Source: Eledone cirrhosa (Eukaryota). From it: a stretch of DNA of 64,000 nucleotides. Under the pieces are notes generated by a model. It was not told the origin of the DNA. It did no database searches and saw only the letters and a list, made by a program, of their open reading frames with translations. This document shows, in pieces, positions 58,339-64,000 of the stretch. Position numbers and translations under genes: made by a program. Position 1 is the first letter of the stretch. Each line of letters begins with the position of its first letter. The stretch spans positions 185,876,001 to 185,940,000 of the forward strand of contig OZ024740.1 in the NCBI GenBank assembly GCA_964016885.1, read 5' to 3'.

Positions 58339-59657
58339 TATATGGATTCAATTACAGTTAATGCTCAAACTACGGGTTTTCATACAATTTTTGTCAATCC
58401 AAATTTAATTGTAAGGCTCCGGAGTATCAGAGCCTATAGTAAAATATTCTTCTGGAAATCTCACGTATTAAAAGCGAACTTGGAATCGCGAAATTGTGAA
58501 GCAAACAACTTAAACATCAAACCATGCTTGCATCGCAACACATCTTCCAATATGTTTCAGTTTTGTATGGAAAAATACTAATTTGAACTTTCTTTGTAAC
58601 AAATGACCTACAATTCTCACAATTTCTAGTGTTTAAATGATTAAGAGTTTTTGCAGACGTCTACAAAAATCAAATAGGCCTAAATACTGTATCTTGTTTA
58701 TGAGTTACACTTAGAAACCAATATCTCAGAAATCTATCATAAAAGTTCATGATTAATGTACGCTGCAGTGCGCATACAAATCAAATTTCATATCAAACAA
58801 TAAATAAATGTGTTCGATATTTTATTGATGAACTGATGAAATCGAAGCGAATCAAGGAATAGAAAGCAAGGGCTATATATCTAGCAAAGCTACATATAAA
58901 AGTTTGTTGTAATTCATATATTATATTTGGAGAACAACGTTTATACAAAATATCAGTAAGCTGAAAATAGCTACTATACGTATTTTCGGTCCGATGTATG
59001 CAATTACCAATATATCTAACTATATGATAGGGTATGACGATCACATCCTTAGGTCTAATCAACTGAATGCTGTTTCATGGAGATCAAAAGTACAAATACT
59101 CGTCATGACGTTGATTTTATTCACCATACATTTTGTTTGCAAATGTGTATATTGAAGCAAATAGATTTTAAAGTGCGACGGACAGATATCAGTTATCATT
59201 GAAGGACATTAACTGTGTTTTATTAGCTGCTAACTGGTATTTGATATTTACAGCAGGCTAAATTCAAATATTCTTTGGTTTGAAACAGGTTTAAAACACT
59301 AACGAATTCATAAAACTATTGATGGCGCATATCATTCATTAAACACCTGCGAAAGCAATGGAAGCTCTTGAAATCAGAATCTGCCTGTTACACTAAGTTT
59401 CCATAAACTGTGACGTTAATGAACAAAATCGCAATTAAAAATGACGATTTAGTCGCTCATGTTACTTTTGTTTTCGTTTTCAGATTCTGATAAATAATTA
59501 TTTTAGAATGGAGGCTTTCTTTTCAAAATGTTTCATGAGATAACGTTAGCTACAAAAGCATTTACAATTTAGCAATATCGTCTCAGGGACGGAGGAACAA
59601 TAATTAGCTTTTAAATTCGCTTTGATAAATGTGGTGTAGTATCGTCAATCTGATTAT

Positions 59658-61309
59658 AATTGTGTAACATATTTTTTGTTCCCCGGTTCTAAGTGTTATT
59701 TCATGATTTGTTATATGCTATTATTACGAAAGAAAAACACTATTATTTAATCAGAAGCTTGGGTTTGTGGTCAGGAGTTTGATATTTCGAGATTTTTCAT
59801 ATTTTTCAAGAAAAAACACATTTTTTTTAGATTTATCAGTTCATAATTAAATCAACAGAGTATATATTTATTTTATTACACAAGCTTATCAAAAGCAAAC
59901 AAGTAAAAACAAATAACACTTATAAAGCGACTTATACACGTCAGAAATGACTGGATTTCCTGGATTTGCGGTTGTAGTCCAGGTCGCATTCCCGCACTAG
60001 CCCCCAGATATAATCCCCCATCATTTTTTCATTTTAGTGGCCTTGGTACCTCCCCTCTATCTCGTTCACATATTGGTGGAATCCTTCGCCTTTTTCTTCT
60101 GAGTAGGCACCCATATTGTCCTTGAATTTTTCCAGGTGAGCGTCCAGCATATGGAGTTTAAGCGACATCCTGCATCCCATGGCGCCAAAAGCCTTTATCA
60201 GATCCTGCACGCGTTGCTGATAGATTTCCGCTCTGTAGTTGCCCAGGGAGCCCTTAACAACTGCTTTGAAACAGTTCCATGCTGTTCTCTCAATCCTATT
60301 GAGCTTATTGGAGCACTCGGTAGACTCAAACACCTTCTTTATCTAGGTTGAGAGCTTTCACAAACTGCTTCATCAACCCCCAACTTAATGTGCAGTGGCG
60401 GCATGAGTATAACCCTGGGATCAACCAGTGGCTCTCACATGACGTTCCGGGTCCCAACTACAAATTCTGTTCGCTTCTCCCATTTATTTATTTTGGCCAG
60501 AGGTGGCTTTGCTGTCCCAAAGGCAGAGGAAGCATTGGAATTTGTTAAAGCCTCCTTGGAGTCCAAGCAGGAAAGCCACCATCTTGGAGTTTCCAATGCT
60601 TTCCCAATTGTACTGTTTGTATTGCAGAGCTTCTAAGAGGACTTTCACACTGTAGTACTCTTCCTTCAGGCAGAGTGAATGAGCTAGGGGCAGTGTCAAG
60701 AACTTGTTTCCATTGTGGAGGAGGACAGCCTTCAAACATGTGGTGGAGCTGTCTATAAATAGCCGCCATTCCTTGGGCACAACAGGCACCCAATAACGTC
60801 AAACAATCCAGGCACGTCATGGCAGAAGCAGAGGCCATCCCTAAGAGTGTAAAAGCCTGAGAAAGGTTCGTGTCGACTTCTCTGACTTGTCACCTGCACT
60901 TCCTCCTTGACCAAGTTCCACTGCTTCATCCTGGAGACGAATGCTTAAAACACAACTTACCCTTTATCCAGAGTGCGAAAATCTACTATCAATAAACTCT
61001 TTAATACACTTTTTAACAATTTTATACTTTATTGCACTTTTATAATTTTCTTTAGGTATTACTCTTTATTTTATAATTTTAATTTAACCTGAAACATATA
61101 TTTAAAAAATCATTTAACATAAGCAAATTAAACTTACATACAACGTAAAACCCAGCATACAAATAATTCTAGTGTTTAGCTTAGAATTTTTACAAACCCA
61201 AACTTTTAACTGTTTAATAGCACTTTTTTGTATTTATTTGGGACCTAAGCAACAAAAAAAAAGTGATTACAAGCCAGGAAGAGAGAAAAAAACATGTTGT
61301 TACACGTCG
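59658..61309 (-). mobile_element. Chapaev3-like (CMC superfamily) DNA transposon relic
   Basis: EWRLFIDSS..LKAVLLHNGN, LLGLQGGF..CFLCLWDS, GCRMSLKLHMLDAHL..GAYSEE.GE.FHQ. Ends GTGTAACA / TGTTACAC. Confidence 0.8.
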
Positions 61310-61583
61310 TTATTGGTTAGTTTGAATTCTTGAAAATGGGATGGTGTGTGTTCAATACAGATTGAGTACTAAGGCTGCCAGTGTCACGTAATTGTATAAC
61401 ATCCGAAGTGCACCATTCTAAAGTACATGAATAGGTTAGTCACGAGATACATAATTGTATATGATTCCCTAAATGTGATTCATATAAGAAATAGATTGAA
61501 TATAAATTGGGGTACGATTCTTTAATCATTTATTTCATTTGGCACACACATACACACATACACAAACACACAGAGACAAGCAC

Positions 61584-61755
<172 letters not shown>

Positions 61756-62021
61756 TTAAATGAGTTGATAATACAACTATATAAATGGTAAAGTGCATCT
61801 TCAAAATAGAATGTGATTTTATTTTCCATAACAAGACATTTGAAAGCTATATTTTACGTTTTTCGCTCGTTTACCGGAGATCTTGGAATTGTAAATTATT
61901 TGTATTTAATCGATTCTGGTGTGCTTATTATGACAGAAATGGAATATTCGTGTTAAGCTAACGAAACAGTTGTCAATCAATTAAATAGTTTAATATTTCT
62001 TCGTTATATATATATATATTG

Positions 62022-62564
62022 TATTGTTATAATTTGGGAGGGTTATGTTGCCAATAAGAGACACACGCACCAGTTGTTTCACTTCAATTTATTATAAATT
62101 GTATAAATTATATAAATATAAATTTTATAAATTTCCGGTTGGTTGGTTGGTTCCACAACCGGATGGTTGTTTATATATTGTCAAAGTTCTTTCGTCACAC
62201 ATTATATGACCTCTTCAGTGACTGGGGATTCGTTTCTTTATTTTGTGCCTCTCCTTTGTACTGTCCAACGCCATCTTGTTTTGGTGTATGTTGTGTGCTT
62301 AGTTTGCACGCAACACACACAAAAAAAGATGGCAGAACAAAGGAGAGGCACAAAATAAAGAAAATAATCCCCAGTCACTGAAGAGGAGAGAAAATGTCTT
62401 ACGAAAGAACTTTGACAATATATAAACAACCATCAGGTTGTGGAACCAACCAACCAACCGGTAAGTTATAAAATTTATAGTTATAACATTTATAATAAAT
62501 TGAAGTGAAAGTAACTGGTGCGTGTTTCCTATTGGCAACATGACCCGTCCAAAGTATAACAATA
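62022..62564. mobile_element. Palindromic element (about 265-bp arms) with a hammerhead in each arm
   Basis: Arms meet at about 62300 (GTGC-TTAGTTT-GCAC). Confidence 0.92.
62180..62222 (-). ncRNA. Hammerhead ribozyme motif (mirror copy 62374-62416, + strand)
   Basis: GUCA-CUGAAGA-GGUCAUAU(AAU)GUGUGAC-GAAA-GAAC-UU-UGAC. Confidence 0.7.
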
Positions 62565-62646
62565 TCGGTTTCAACACACATTTTCAGATAGAGAATCTTG
62601 CTAAACAAAAATAAATATATATATATGTGTGTGTGTGTGTCTGTGT

Positions 62647-62770
<124 letters not shown>

Positions 62771-63193
62771 ATGTGTGAGTGTGTGTATGTATGCGTGCGC
62801 GCGCGCGTGTGTGTGTGTGTGCGTATACATAAACAGAAGATAAATAAATATATACACAAGTATAGACATACATATAAAAGAGTACAACAGATACGGATTT
62901 TGCTCCATGAATGAATTAACAGGCATCAATTACATAGAGCCTAATAATAATATTTACGTATTTACTTAGAGCGTCCCTACGGCAGTGGAAATTTCAAATC
63001 TTCAGTGAATATATTCAGACAAGGTTTCAACTGAATTATGCGCTACCAGCGTTAATTTCGAAAGGCAGGATTATCACGTGATTAGTATCCAACAGAGGTG
63101 CAGTGGTGTTTGGACAATGGCAAGTGAAAGGCCTGATAAATATAGCAGTGTGATTCGACCATATTCTCTCTCTCTCTTTCTCTCTCTCTCTCC

Positions 63194-63227
<34 letters not shown>

Positions 63228-63229
63228 GT

Positions 63230-63269
<40 letters not shown>

Positions 63270-63278
<9 letters not shown>

Positions 63279-64000
63279 TGAGGATGTCTGTCTGTGTGTG
63301 AGTTTGGATCCCTAAAACTCGAGAACCACCCAACCGACTGTTTTCAAACTTTCCATATATAATACTTATGTTTTAGGCAAAGAAAAGAATGTTTGAGCAA
63401 AGAAAAGTTCAAATTTTCGATGCCCTAGGAACCGCATTAGGCAATTTAGGGGTCTCTCTCTATAATTCTTAGTCTTTCTTTTTTTAGATAAATACATACA
63501 TATAACCTCGCGCCCTTATAATATATGTATATGTCTGCTGTCTGCATTACTTCACTTCTCTGAGGAAGTATGTCTGTCTGTGTGTGTGTGTGTGTGTGTG
63601 AATGTGAGTTTGAATCCCTAAAACTCGAGAAGTACCCAACCGACTGTTGTCAAACTTTACATGTGTATTTCTTATGTTTCATAAAAAAGTTCAACTTTTT
63701 CATCCACTAGGTGAAAAACTGCGTTTTTTCAGGTTTTTAGTGGATTTTTAAGGCGTTACTTCATACCAATTTCCTTTAAATTGTAACTATGTAATAGTTA
63801 GTCTCTTCTTCATATCGTGAGTAAAGAAAATCTAACTTTTTTATGGCTTAGGGCCCGCATTAGGTGAAAACCTGCATTTTTCCTGCTTCATCGGGGAAAA
63901 TCTTAAAGATTAAAGAGCCATCTGAGTATTCGGTTTATTTTCTTTACATATTGTCCAGGCATGCAGTTTTTCTACGATTAGGTCTGTTGGCGGCCCGCGT
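63270..64000 (+). mobile_element. Possible Helitron-like non-autonomous repeat with an internal about 300-bp-period duplication
   Basis: TGTCTGTCTGTGTG..GAGTTTG.ATCCCTAAAACTCGAGAA..ACCCAACCGACTGTT at about 63286 and 63571. Classification is by resemblance only. Confidence 0.4.

Overview
AT-rich animal DNA dense in (TA)n, (CA)n and (GA)n microsatellites. The SINE and repeat repertoire suggests an octopus/cephalopod genome (inference). There is no intact long protein-coding gene, and most ORF-track entries are microsatellite artefacts. Recognisable content: a head-to-head Penelope-like element (RT with YRDD, GIY-YIG endonuclease) and a second PLE endonuclease fragment; three deleted mariner copies; a Chapaev3-like transposase relic; a CR1/L2-type LINE RT relic; a bipartite RTE derivative; a hAT MITE; several tRNA-SINEs; and a 200-N gap. 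The main hidden signal is a dense set of short elements inserted in (TA)n, from about ten apparently unrelated sequence families. Many form long near-perfect inverted repeats or tandem repeats and carry minimal type-I hammerhead ribozyme motifs (CUGAnGA...GAAA-palindromic stem III-UH). They look like non-autonomous PLE pseudo-LTR or retrozyme derivatives. A few candidate small or terminal exons of an unidentified host gene lie in the unique-sequence stretches (low confidence). Structures were folded by eye and coordinates are accurate to a few bases.
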